From assembly GCF_963921235.1 (NCBI RefSeq), contig NC_086097.1, positions 186,126,001 to 186,190,000 on the forward strand: a stretch of DNA of 64,000 bases. The letters run 5' to 3'. The stretch is from Mobula hypostoma (taxonomy: Eukaryota). Position 1 is the stretch's first letter. Every line of letters starts with the position of its first letter. Below, one piece after another: positions 1 to 12,189 of this stretch. The position numbers and the translations under genes are program-made. The notes under the pieces are model-generated. The model saw only the letters and a list, made by a program, of their open reading frames with translations. It made no database searches and was not told the DNA's origin.

Positions 1-110
1 ACATGGGGTCTTGTCAAAGGCCTTGGTAAACTCCAGTAAATAATGTTCACTGCCCTGCCCTTGTCAATCCTCCTCAACATTCCTTCAAAGTATCTCAATG
101 TTTTCATAAA
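1..110 (-). mobile_element. CR1 LINE RT fragment running off the window start
   Basis: Minus strand reads an EFTKAFDK-like motif (tcttgtcaaaggccttggtaaactc), as in other CR1 copies here (DFSKAFDK). Confidence 0.55.
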
Positions 111-121
111 GTTTCAAAGTA

Positions 122-822
122 CAGTGCATTCCGGATTTGGCCCAATTAAGCATCTGCACCAATTAGCCAAAGTTTCATGGAAATAGTAAAAAAGTATAAA
201 AAAAAGATAAACTAATGTTTAACTGAGTAACAAATTATGTATTTAAATGAAATACAATTAGAGCATTACCAATAGTATTGTGCTATAAATTATAATAGTT
301 ATCGACAGAGAAATTAATCCATTGCACGACTGTTGTATTCTTTTGATTGACTGTAAGAGAATAAAATCAGTGCAAGCACTTAGTGCAGATAATGGACTGC
401 CTACATACAATACTTCAGACAATTGCATCTTCCAAATCTTTTTTTTCATTGTAAGATTCGAGATGATTGTTGATATCTTCAAACTTCTTGTAGTTCCTCA
501 CTTGTTGAAGTAGTGAATTAATTTCATTTTTATTCTCGGCCATTTCTGAATGATCTTTGAGCACAAGCACGCACAACTGATGCTATTTAAAAACTATTTG
601 CTGTAAGACCGGTATACTGTTTAATAGCTTTGCTGGTCAAAGTGACTGATGCTGGTTAGAAACCATTCAACAACAGTCTCCTGCCCCAGTTAAGTGGCAA
701 GGTGTCTCAAGTAAATGAAGGGAATTCAGGCTATTTGCTCAATTGGTTTTTGCTCTTTAAGAGTTATCCCAAATAAGTGGCTGCCCCGATTAACCTGTGG
801 CCCAGTTAACTGGAATCCACTG
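122..822. mobile_element. Tc1/mariner-superfamily (Tigger/pogo-like) non-autonomous DNA transposon
   Basis: Ends CAGTGCATTCCGG... and ...CTGGAATCCACTG are imperfect inverted repeats. TA at 120-121, TC at 823-824 (probably a mutated TA). Subterminal cccaatta/cccagtta-type motifs occur at both ends. Confidence 0.7.
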
Positions 823-1799
823 TCTTAATAAAATGCACATGGTTGCTATTCTATTAGTTAAAAGAAACCAACATTCAGATAGTTTTAGCAGAAACTTAAA
901 CAATAAGGTTATGAAAATAAAATTTCATACTCAACTTACTGTAAGTGTTTCTGGGGGAAACAAAACCTTCAAAATATAACACGGTGGAGCACAACTGGCA
1001 TTGCACAGATTTAAATTGGTTGCATACAATGATACACTAGAGGGTGCTCTTGGGTTTTGAGAAACCAATGGCATGTTGACATAACTTGGAAATACATTTT
1101 TTTCAGTTTTTCTCTCCTCTCTCAGCTCATGCTGCGGTATGAATCTGTGGGCATTAGTTGCCTACTGCTAAAGCGGACAATAGTCATGCTGAAGCCTTGA
1201 TGGGAAGCAACAGTAGTTCTGCTGAGGTATCTCAATGCAATTTAATTCTGTCCTTACACAACAGGGAGAAAAGAATTATATCTTACTGAACAATGATCAG
1301 GTGCATGTCTCAACACCCATATGGGATTAGATACTTCCAAATATAGAATCATGCAGAATCTACTGGTCAGAAACTGGTCATTTACTCCAGTTGGCCAAGT
1401 CAGTATTTATACTCCAAAATAAATCCCAATTATCGTTCCAACACTGTGCATGTAACTTTCTATTCCTTTCTCCTTCACAAGGACACCATCATTCATTGAA
1501 ATATTTGCTAAAATCCTTGTTTGAACTTCTGGTGGCTGATTACATAAATTACCTTAGATTCATCCGCACAAAGAACCATTTTCACCTTATCTACTCTATC
1601 ACATAATTTTAAAGACTCCAATCTGTTCACTTTTTCAGCACTGAAAAGAACCTCAGCCTACCCAGCATTTCCAAAGGATTTCATTCTCTTCAATTAACGT
1701 TCTTGTAAATAGTTTTTGAACAATCTACCATCCATTTCCAGTACAGATGTCAAAGCAGCACATGGTATGATTGAACCAAGGTTTATAAAATTTAGAAAT

Positions 1800-2645
1800 C
1801 CTACCACTAAACCTATCTTACCTACCCCCCTTCCTTCTTCATACATTGTACCCCCACAATTCCCTTGTCCATTCATCCCTCCCCACTAATCTCTCTCCCA
1901 TCATTTATCCCTGCGAGGAGACTAAATGCTACACCTGCCCATACACCTCCTCCCTCATCTCCATTCAGGGCCCTAAATGATTCTTCCAGGTGAGACAATA
2001 CTTCACATGCAAATCTAGTGTGTCTGGTTCTTCCGATGCGGCCACCTTTACGTTGGTGAGACCCATCATAAATTAGGGAACCATTTTTCATTGAGCACGT
2101 CTGCTCCATCTACCACAGGTGGAACTTCTTGGTGGCCAAACATTTTAATTCTGATTCCTGCTCCTGTTCTGACATATTAGTCCATGGCCTTTTCTTGTGC
2201 CAAGATGAGGTCCCTCTCAGAGTGAAGGAGCAACACCTCATATTCCATCTGGGTAGCCTCCAACCTGATGGCATGAATATCGATTTCTCCTTTGAGTAAA
2301 AAAATGTATCCGTCCCCACTTCCCTTTTCCTCTATTCTGACCTTTTACCTCTTCTCACCTGCCTATTTCTTCCTCCTGGGTCTCCTCCTCTTTCCCTTTC
2401 TCCTGTGGTCCACTCTCTTCTCCTATCAGATTCTTTCTTCCCCAGCCTTGACCATTCCTACCCACCTGGCTTCAACTATTACCTTCCAGCTAGCCTTCTT
2501 CTCCTACCACCATCTTTTTATTCTGGCATCTTCCCCTTCTTTCTCAGTCCTGAAGAAGGGTCCCAGCCTGAAACGTCAACCATTTATTCATTTCCATAGA
2601 AGTTGCTTGACCTGCTGAGTTCCTCCAGTATTTTGTGTGTGTATG
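1800..2645 (+). mobile_element. Penelope-like element (PLE), degraded GIY-YIG 3' part plus terminal repeat
   Basis: Homologous to the better-preserved copy at 34295-35232 (aggagcaacacctcatattccatctgggtagcctccaacctgatggcatgaatatcgatttctcc), then a pyrimidine tract and the PLE terminal-repeat motif. Confidence 0.85.
2546..2581 (+). ncRNA. Minimal type I hammerhead ribozyme motif in PLE terminal repeat (degenerate stem I)
   Basis: AGTC-CTGAAGA-AGG(gtcccag)CCT-GAAAC-GTC-AACC: CUGANGA and GAAA core boxes plus a GUC triplet. Confidence 0.55.
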
Positions 2646-2879
2646 TAGATTTAGAAATAATCTTTTTGCTTTTGCATTATCTAGAATTTAAACCTGATAC
2701 ATTTTTTAAAAAGTTCATATGGCTTTTCATTTCGTTGTACTTCTATTAGTAAGCAATTTGCCTAGAATCTCAGCCACATCTGTAGTTGAGCATATTGAAT
2801 AAATGCAACACTGTAATAGTACCTTTGGAAGTAGGCTCCATTTAAGTGAATAAAATGTAATTTCAAAGGTAAAGTATGA

Positions 2880-3345
2880 AAGTAGAATTTATTGTTATAT
2901 GTATGCACAATGAAACATTTATTGTCATATACACATGCACGTATGCACAATGAAAAACATTTGCAGCAGCATCACAGGCACATAGAATCATATAAGCAGC
3001 ATTCACAAGAAAAGAACATAAATTATACACAATTTTACGGGAAAAAACACAATTAGAATGAAAAAGGGTCCATTTTAGAGCAAAGTGATCAAGTTGCTAA
3101 ACTGCAGTGATTAGATTTTCACAGACTGTTTCAAGAACCAAATATTTGGAGGGACGTAGCTATTTTTGAGCATGGTGGTGTGGGACTATAGGCTCCTGCA
3201 TGATGGTAACTGTGGAAAGATGTCATGTCATGGGTGTTGGGTATCTTTGGATGCTGCCTTCTTGAGGGAGCACCTCCTGTGGATTCTACCAGTGGCGGGG
3301 AGGGACGTGCCTGTGATGCACTGGGCAGAGTCCACTACTCTATGT
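2880..3345 (-). mobile_element. Rex1/Babar-like LINE 3' fragment
   Basis: Homologous to the 3' ends of Rex1-like copies at 24320-24770 and 10190-10750 (gatgctgccttcttgag, gtgatgcactgggcagagtccactactct). Confidence 0.65.
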
Positions 3346-3789
3346 GCATTTTGTTGCTACATAGCACATATATTATTACTGGCCAAACAGAGATTTCTGC
3401 TTGTATCTGCATTTGCAGGTCTTTTTGCTTCTTGAGCCTGTTGCCCTCCTTATATAAAAAAACTCTTGTTTTCCTGCAGCTATTGCTGAGATCTTGCCTT
3501 CTGGTTTCATAAATTCCAAAGAGTATGTGGTCTCTGTCTTTGTTGTAATAAAATGGACCAAGTTTACCTACAAACTTCAACATTGTTCTTCCCAGTTCTG
3601 AGCTTAAAAATGTAAGTATTTAGTGCATAATATTGGTATCAGTGAATACTAATATTAATTTAGGCATTAATACTAATTTTGCTTACCAATTTTTGCCTAG
3701 CCAAAATTATCTGTTTTACAACTCTATCAATTAATTTTGCTACCTGGCCCCTAGCTCCATATGCCCTGTCTATTGTTATGAATCTGATA

Positions 3790-4565
3790 TTTAACCAAAT
3801 GGAAAGAGACTGCAAATGAATGAACTTTGTTGAGATCTAAGTGCTCTTGTGTAAGAAGCACTAATAGAGAGCAGGCAGGTCAAACAAGTAATTAAGAATG
3901 CAAGTTGTATTTTGGCCTTTATTACAAAAAGTTTAAGTATAATGAAGTTTAGTTACAGTTGTACAGAGTGCTGGCCATGCTTGGAATAATGCGCACAGTT
4001 TTTTTTCCATTACTTAAAAAAGGAATATAGTAGCAGAGAACACAATCAAAAGGAGATTCACCATCTTATTCCTTAGTAAGAGAGTGCTCTCCTGCCAAGA
4101 GAAACTAGACAGTTTGGGACCATTTTCCTCTCAGTTTAGAGGAATGAGGGGGACCACATTCAAACACAAGAGAACCGAAGGGAGTTTGAAAGGGGAGATG
4201 TTTAGATGTTTTCACTAGAGGGAGTGTTGTAAACAAGGGCATAGCAACAAAAATAAAGTGCCAGTGAATTAAAACTGATGTCGTAATTCAATGACACCCA
4301 ATTTGTAGCTATGCAAAGAAATCTCTTCTCTCAGAGGACAGCAAACCTTTAGAGTTTTCTGTTCCTGCTCCTGTGGGGTGGGGGGGGGGAAAGGCAAAAT
4401 CATTTGATATAGTTAAGGTGCACATAAATAAGTATTTGAAATACAGAGGAGCTGAGAGTTAAGGGGAATTGGCATGGAACAGCAGTTGAGGCCAGTGTGA
4501 ATACCGAATGGCAGGATTAATAAGGAGCCTGGTGGTCTACTCCTGTTCCTATATTTTTTGTACGT
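3790..4565 (+). mobile_element. Old, degraded CR1 LINE 3' fragment
   Basis: Degenerate homology to the CR1 RT C-terminus and 3' UTR (ctactcctgttcctat). Confidence 0.65.
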
Positions 4566-5668
4566 TCTTTAGCATTGATTTTACTATTAGTTCTTTTATG
4601 AATATAGTATTATTAATAATATATTATTAGTATGGTTTTGTCAGGTGTAGGCTGTGCCTTACGAGCCTGATTGAGTTCTTTGAGGATGTAACAAAACACG
4701 TTGATGAAGGTAGAGCAGTGGATGTAGTGTATATGGATTTCAGTTATGCATTTGATAAGGGTCCCCATGCAATGGTCATTCAGAAAGTGAGGAGGGATAG
4801 GATCCAAGGAGACTTTGCTTTGTGGATCCAGAATTGGCTTGCCCACAGAAGGCAAAGGGTGGTTGTAGATGGTTCATATTCTGCATGGAGGTTGGTGACT
4901 AGTTGTGTTCTGCAGGGATCTGTTCTGGGACCCCTCCTCTTTGTGATTTTTATAAATGACCTGGATGAAGAAGAAGAAGGGCGGGTTAGTAAGTTGCTGA
5001 TGACACAAAAGCTGGGGGTTTTGTGGATAGTCTGGAGGGTTGTCAGAGGTTTCAGTAGGACATCAATATGATGCAGAATTGGGCTGAGAAGTGGCAGATG
5101 GAGTTCAACCCTGATAAGTGTAAAGTGGTTCATTTTGCTAGGTCAAATTTGAAGACAGAATATAATATTAATGGTAAGACTCTTGGCAGTGTGGAGGATC
5201 AGAGGGATCTTGGGCTCTGTGTCCATAGGACACTCAAGCTGCTGCGCAGGTTGGCAGTGTTATTAAAAAAGCATATGATGTGTCAGCCTTCATCAACCGT
5301 GGGATTGAGTTCAAGAGCTGTGAGGTAATGTTACAGCTATATAAAAGCTTAGTTAGACCCCACTTGGAGTACTGTGTTCAGTTCTGATCACCTCACTAGA
5401 GGAAGGATGTGGACACTATGGAGAGAGTACAGATGAGATTTACAAGAATATTGCCTGGATTGGAGAGTGTGCCTTATGAGAATAGGTTGAGTTAACTAGG
5501 CCTTTCTCCTTGGAGTGACAGAGGATCAGAGGTGACCTGATAGAGGTGTATAAACATTGATCGTGTGGATATCCAAAGGTTTTTACCAGGACTGAAATCC
5601 CTAAAACGAGGGGGCATAGTTTTAAAGTGCTTGGAAGTAGGTACAGAAGGAATGTCAGGGGTAAATTT

Positions 5669-5866
5669 TGTTGTGTTCTCTATACGTACCGTGGGTTACT
5701 AAGAACAAACCATATTCTGAAAGAATAAGAACTAGAACCTTTATTTACAACAGGAAACAGCAACCATGTTTTCACCAGACAAGTTTCTCGATCATTCTTT
5801 CATTTCTGCGCATGCTCCAAACTCTGTCCAATCACGTTCTTACATGTGACAAGTGATATCACCACA
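5669..5866 (-). repeat. 3' LTR of the Gypsy-like element
   Basis: Direct repeat of 7541-7738 (about 14 mismatches in 198 by manual count). Polypurine tract adjacent at 5867-5879 on the minus strand. Confidence 0.95.
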
Positions 5867-6053
5867 TCTTCTTTTCCTTAAAGAGAAAAACAATTAGCAT
5901 CATTAATGAAAACAAATGCATAATTTAACACATTTCTATCAGTCTCTCCGGGGGTTTACAAACACAAGTAGACCTTCTAAGTGGTTCACACAGTTCTTGT
6001 GTTTCGTTGTTATTTCCATGTTTTGTCTGGTCTGCATCAGTTAATGGAAACTC

Positions 6054-6227
6054 TGAAGTTAGCTCTTTCTTGAGGTCTTTGAGAAGAAATTGCAATTCAT
6101 TCATTAACCGTGTATTCTCTTTTTTATGCTGAGACTTCATCATTTCAATAAAACTTCTCAATTCTTTCACTTGTGCTTTCACTTCAGTTGGATCCTGATT
6201 CTTGTCACTCTTTGGCTTCAGATCCAT
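6054..6227 (-). pseudogene. Putative captured host fragment resembling the CIN85/SH3KBP1 (CD2AP-family) C-terminal coiled coil
   Basis: ORF 5925-6278 contains EVKAQVKELRSFIEMMKSQHKKENTRLMNEL-QFLLKDLKKELTS. This resembles the recalled human SH3KBP1 C-terminus [31 protein letters not shown]...[13 protein letters not shown]. Confidence 0.7.
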
Positions 6228-6287
6228 ATTGTACCGGCAAGTTTGGCCACTGTCCACTGTATTCTGACTCTGTATCACTGTCCAGGA

Positions 6288-7431
6288 CTAAGTAATTTTT
6301 ACCAAATTCAGTCTCTCATAGACAGATAAACCCAATATTGACTGTACATTTTTTGGCACTACCACAAATGAAAACATGTGCTCAATATCTCTGTGTGATA
6401 CCTTTGCCACACATGTTCCTTTAATTGGAATGTCTGCACCTGAATACCTAGTCACTTTTATATTTGTCTGATGTAACTTTGGTCTTGGCTTTAATGCATT
6501 AAACTCAGATTCTGCAAGAACATTTACTTGTGCTCCAGTATCAAGTTTAAACAGTATATTGTTTTGGTTCACTTGCAATGGAGTAGTCCAGTCATTCTTA
6601 CTTTGTTTGTTTTCACAAAGCACTTCTATATAAAATTCCTCACGTTCATTTTCAAGCACTGCAGTTATGTGTCTTATTTCCTTTCTACTTCTGCAACAGC
6701 GTGAAAAATGATTACTCTTACCGCAGTGATTGCACATTTTTCCATACGCTGGACGCTTTTTTGGTTGATGTTGCCGCCCACAGTGATCACAAAGTTTTTT
6801 TCTTTCAGATGACATCTTGCTCTCTGTCGGTTTAGTTGCTGCTTCATTATTTTTTCTAATATGTTCGTGCTTTACAGTGTCTACGCAGCTCTCAATAAAA
6901 AGCTCTTTAGCCTGTGATGTCACTGATTCTGAAGCATTGCAGAGAATCAAAGCTTTTTCCAAAACTACATCTGGCTCTCTTAAGAGTCTTTATCTCAGAG
7001 CGTTATCCAGAATGCCACAAACAATTCTGTCTTTAATGAGAGATTCTGTCAGTTCTGCAAACTCGCAAGTTTTACTGTGGTTTCTCAATTCCGTAACAAA
7101 TTGATCAATCATTTGATCAGCTCTCTGCCAACATGTAAAGAATTTGTACCTCTGATACGTCACATTGCAGTTCGGTATACAAAATGCTGCAAATTTGTCC
7201 ATTATCGCTTTTAGATTCAAATTATCTCAATTTTCAAAAGTAAAATGGTTATATACCTCAATTGCATCATCCCCTATTACGTGGAGTAGAATCGCAGCTC
7301 TCGTTTTTTCCGATTTATTTTCTGCTCTGATCGCCGATAAATAAATTTCAAAATGCTGTTTAAATTTTTTTCCAGTTTTCAGCTACATTTCCAGTCAGCT
7401 GGAGTGTTTTCGGAGGTTGCAACCCTTCCAT
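6288..7431 (-). pseudogene. Disrupted gag-protease of the Gypsy-like element
   Basis: ATG at 7431 (MEGLQPPKTLQLTGNVAENW), SLIKDRIVCGI, CNHCGKSNHFSRCC knuckle, FKLDTGAQVNVL aspartic protease. Stops and frameshifts present. Confidence 0.9.
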
Positions 7432-7528
7432 TTGTAAAGCTGTTCGCAAACACTAAAAAAGTTCACACTTTTTTTTGATTATCTTCACTTCTCCCGTGTT
7501 TGGCAAATGTATTATTCTTCCAGACCAA

Positions 7529-7540
7529 CTTCTGACACCA
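7529..7540 (-). promoter_or_regulatory. Primer-binding site of the LTR element
   Basis: TGGTGTCAGAAG immediately follows the 5' LTR on the minus strand; TGG is complementary to the tRNA CCA end. Confidence 0.85.
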
Positions 7541-7738
7541 TGTTGTGTTCTTTATACGTACCGTGAGTTACTAAGAACAAACCATATTCTGGAAGAATAA
7601 GAACTAGAACTTTTATTTACAACAAGAAACAGCAACCGCATTTTCACCATACAAGTTTCTTGATCATTCTTTCATTTCTGCGCATGCTCCAAACTCAGTC
7701 CAATCACATTCTTACACGTGACACGTGATATCACCACA
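7541..7738 (-). repeat. 5' LTR of the Gypsy-like element
   Basis: TG...CA termini, 198 bp, adjacent PBS. Confidence 0.95.
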
Positions 7739-8603
7739 AGTTTTTCACACAGATTGGTGAGAGTGTGGAATGCACTACTGGCGAGGGTGGTGGAGGCGGA
7801 TACGATAGGGTCTTTTAAGAAACTCTTAGATAGGCACATGGATGATTGAAAAATGGAGGGCTATGTAGGAAGGAAGGGCTAGAGATTGATCTTAATGTAG
7901 GATAAAAGGTCAGCACAACATTGTGGGCTGAATGGTCTGTACTGTGCTGTATTGTTCCATGTTCTATGTTCTATGTTTATGTTGGTCAATTGACTGTAAG
8001 TATATTTTCTAAGAGAGTAGTATCCCAAATGTGCTATGAATCATGTTTTCCAATGCAAGGGGTGCTGATGTGCATTCCAATTGCAGATTTTACTGTGATT
8101 CACATAACTGGTAGTTTGAGAGAGTGGCAGAAGCTGAGTTGCAGACAGCATTTAAGAAGAGCCCAGATTAAGTTTGAATCATCAAAGCATAGAAGGATAT
8201 GGGCCAGCTGTTGGAAGATAGGATTAATATTGATAGGTGTCTATTGTCCAACACGGTCACAGTGGGCTGAATGGCCTGTTTCCATGCTTTATGACTTGGC
8301 AAGTTAGAGAGTGAGGTAACACCTACATGGATAAGGGTCCCTTGATGTGTGAAGCACATGCAGAAGGGAAAATGATCCTCTTGTAATGCTGGTTGAACGT
8401 TGGCCACATCTAACTGGGAGGGTGACCATCTGATCCATGTGTCCTCTGTACGCTGGAAGAGGGTAGTTGACTGTAGGAAGTACATCTACTCTCACACCAA
8501 TATGAAGTGAGAGGATCTTCTTTTACAGCAAGGGTTAGTAGTAGTTGAAATGAAGCTCTCACCATTGCAAAGAAGCAGGTTAAATTGATTCAGTTCTGAT
8601 GAA

Positions 8604-8755
8604 GTTAAATTGATTCAGTTCTGTTGAAGGGTCTCTGTCCAAAGCATCATCTGTTTACTCCCTTCCATAGCTGCTGCCTGGCTTGCTGAATTCCTCCATC
8701 ATTTTATGTGTGTTACTCAAGATTTCCAGAATCTGCAGAACCTCTTGTGTTGAGG
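8604..8755 (+). mobile_element. Solo Penelope terminal-repeat fragment
   Basis: gaagggtctc...gctgcctggcttgctgaattcctcc...atttccagaatctgcagaacctcttgtg matches the other PLE ends in the window. Confidence 0.7.
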
Positions 8756-10189
8756 TAATTGTGCTATCAGTGGTGGGCAGATATGGAATTATCAGTGGCC
8801 AGTTTTTGTAGTTGTAATCTGTGTGGCCACCAGCAAGATAATGAGAAGGGAACTGTTCAATAAAGACAGGGTGGGGAAAATGCTCCAGATGAGCGGTCCA
8901 ATCCTTTAAAGCTATAAATGAACAATATATTATGTACACCTTAAGAAGTTTCACAGTCAGAGACGCAGATATATCAAAGACAACCGCTTCAAGGTGTATG
9001 CAGAACAACAGAGCTGTGTCCCTGTCTATTGCCAGTAAAGGGAACAGTGGATCTATGTTTTTTTTCATCTCAGCTTGCCTCTAGGCTGGAGAAAGTGACA
9101 CAGACCACATGTCCCTGAATGCTGCCACTGCCTGCATTAGTGATCTTATGAAAGTTTCTAATCAAACCTGTGATGTACATTTAGGGCTGATTGAGCGATA
9201 TGATACATTGCTGTCTCTGAGAGAGTTCAGTAGGTGTGCATTATGGATGCCTGGGAGCCTGGAGAAGGGGTATAACTGAGGCATTGAGCAAGGTTGAAGT
9301 TGACAAAGATGTGGGCAGAATGCGAGTGGGTGGTTGGCGCCGTCTGCCTGTGTTTGACCAGTCTTCTTCTCCCTCTTGCTGACTGCTGTTGGAGGAAAGT
9401 GTAGGAGTCTTGAGATCCACATTGCAAGGATTGAGTGGCAAGGCTTGTGGCTGTGGACTCATTTTGGGACACTCTGAGGTTCATATTGCATGTGTTTCCT
9501 GGTTCTAGTTACTCTTTTTTTTTTGCTATTTTTGAGCTCCAAGGCATGCGGTCAGCTTAGGGCACAGTGTTGAACTGAATGAAGTTGAATTCTCCTGGAC
9601 CCCTGGTTTGATGTTTGATGTTCTATGTACTGCTCACTTGTTCTTTGCTGTTTGTGCATTTTGTTCTGTTTTTGTGCATTGGGTGTTTGATATTCTCTTT
9701 GAATGGGTCCATGGAGTTTCCTTGTTTCATGGCTGCCTGTGGGAGGACAAAACTTGGAGCTGTATCTGTGTACAAACTTGAATAATAATTATACTTTGAA
9801 GAAGAGGCAAATCATTTTGTTCCTCTTAAGTAAAGTAGAGAGTAACAAAAAATAAATTTTGGGGCCTTTACAGCCATTATTCTATGGATATTTAGTATAC
9901 TGATGATTCCACGTTGTACATTGCAAATCTTATATCAGAAATGCAAGCTATTTCCTGCCCTAAACATGTGAGTTCCATGTAGTCAATACCAGATAGAGCT
10001 AATGTGCAGTTTTAGTGAGTTGCCTCAGTCAAACCACCATGGTTTAGGAAATTGAACTGATATATTTACATACAAAGATGGTGATCTTTCTCAGCATAGG
10101 CTGATAAGTGGCAAGTAACATTCCAAAGATAGAGGCAATGATCACCTCTAACAAGAGAAAATCTAACCATCTCCTTATGATGTTCAGAG

Positions 10190-11890
10190 GCATAAGTTGG
10201 TAAATTAGTTTATTATTGTTACGTGCAGCATGGTAACATTGATGAACTTTATTTTACATGACGTCATCAATGCAGATGGTGCATTGAGACATTACATTGC
10301 ATAATAAGATGTTATAGCTACAGAGAAAGTGCAGTGCACGCGGGTAATAAGGTGCAAAGGCCATAACAAGATAGATGGTGATGTCAAGAGTTTACTTTGT
10401 TATACTAGGGGACCTTTCAGTAGTTTTATAACAACAGTGCAGAAGTTCTGCCTTGAGCCTGGTGGCATGTGCTTTCAGGCTTTTGTATCTTTTGCCTGAT
10501 GGAAGGAGGGAGAAGAGAGAATGAGCAGAATAGGTGGGGTCTCTGATTATATTGCTTGCATTCCAAAGGCAGTGAGAAATGTACGCAGAGTCCATGGGGG
10601 GGAAGGGTTGATTTCCATGATGTCCTGAGAGGTATCCACAACTTCCGGCAGTTCCTTGTGGTTTCGGGCAGAGCAGTTACCACACCAAGCCTGGCTGCAT
10701 CTGGATAAGAAGCTTCCTATGGTGTATTGATAAAACTGGGCAAGGGCCAAAGGGACATGCCAAATTTCCTTAGCCTCCAGAGAAAGTAGAGGTGCCAGTG
10801 TAGCATTCTTGTGATTGGATCATGATAGGCTTCTCTCCTAGGAACATGAACCACTCAGCCCTCTCAGCCTCAGCACTGTTGATATAAATAGAGCCAGCCC
10901 TCTTCCTAAAGTCAATGACCAGCCCTTTTTGTTTTCCTGACATTGAGGGGAAAGGCTTTTGTCATTTGCACCATGTTACTAAGCTCTCTACCTCCTTCCT
11001 GTTCTCTGTATAATTGTTATACATATGATACATGGTCCGCTATGGTGGAATTATCCAGAGGCTTGTAGACGAAGTAAGAGCAGAAAATGGCCATGCAGTT
11101 ATGAGTGTACAGGGAGTAGAGTAGTAGGCTGAGGATGTAACCTTCTGGAGCACCAGTGTTCCAGAAGCGGATAGTTTGGTCAGCTGAGAAGATCATCGGG
11201 GTCTCTCTTCCTGCCATCACAGACATTTACACCACACACTGCATCCACAAAGCAAACAGCATTATGAAGGACCCCATGCACCCCTCATATAAACACTTCT
11301 CCCTCCTACCATCCGGAAAAAGGCACTGAAGCATTTGGGCTCTCACGACCAGAATATGTAACAGTTTCTTCCCCCCAGCCATCAGACTCCTCAATACCCA
11401 GAGCCTGGACTGACACCAACCTACTATACCCTCTACTGTGCCTACTGTCTTGTTTATTATTTATTATTATTTATTGTAGTACCTGCACTGTTTTGTGCAC
11501 TTTATGCAGTCCTGGATAGGTCCGTAGTCTAGTGTAGTTTTTGTGTTTTTTCCTTACGTAGTTCAGTATAGTTTTTGTATTGTTTCATGTAGCACCATGG
11601 TCCTGGAAAACGTTGTCTCATTTTTACTATGTTCTGTACCAGCAGTTATGGTTGAAATGACAATAAAAAGTGACTTGACTTGACTTGACTTGTTGAGGAT
11701 CATAGTGGAGGTGTTACTGCCTATCGTTACTGATTGCTACCTATTGATCACAAAGGTGAGGATCTATTTACAAAGGGAGCTGTTGAGTCTCAGGTTTCAG
11801 AGTTTGGAAATGATTTTGTACAGAGCCATAGCATTATAGGTGGAGCTATAGCCAATAAACAATAGTTTAATGTAAGTGTCTTCACTGTCC
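10190..11890 (-). mobile_element. Rex1/Babar-like LINE fragment, split by an insertion at 11161-11690
   Basis: Motifs TGAPEGYILSLLLYSLYTH and HSLFSLLPSGKRYKSLKA. Sequence resumes at 11691. Confidence 0.8.
11161..11690 (+). mobile_element. Rex1-like LINE 3' fragment with (CTTGA)n tail, nested antisense
   Basis: HPSYKHFSLLPSGKR-like reading, AATAAA followed by (GACTT)n tail, possible 4-bp TSD TGTT at 11157-11160 and 11691-11694. Confidence 0.8.
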
Positions 11891-12158
11891 ATTAATATAG
11901 GCCATTCTCTTCATCCATGGAGAGGGATTCCAGTGACCTCAAATAACAGCTCTTCCAGCTCCTGACCAATTCTGACGAAAAGTCATTGATAATATGCATT
12001 AATTTTATTCTCTCCCTACAGATGCTGCCTGACTTCCCAAACATTTTAGGCTTTCTGTTTTTACTTCAGATTTCTGCTATCTGCAGTGTTGTTGTTTTTT
12101 TTATATCGACCTTACGGTTTGGACTTTCTTGCTTCCTGCTTTTCTTTTTTCCCTCTAT

Positions 12159-12189
<31 letters not shown>

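Larger units (their letters stand above)
5669..7738 (-). mobile_element. Internally deleted Gypsy-like LTR retrotransposon (2070 bp)
   Basis: Two 198-bp TG...CA LTRs. PBS TGGTGTCAGAAG, PPT AAGGAAAAGAAGA, 5-bp TSD AATTT/AGTTT, gag zinc knuckle, and DTGA protease. No RT, RNaseH or integrase core. Confidence 0.95.
4632..7980 (+). mobile_element. 5'-truncated CR1 LINE, split by an LTR element at 5669-7738
   Basis: RT motifs [47 protein letters not shown]1 sequence resumes at 7739 and ends in (TTCTATG)n near 7950-7980. Confidence 0.92.

Noticed and set aside
1126..1226. Plus-strand exon (ctctcag...GAG/gtatct)
   Set aside because: Stops in all three frames.
3480..3522. 43-bp exon candidate (IAEILPSGFINSK)
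   Set aside because: Too short, unrecognised peptide, no partner exons.
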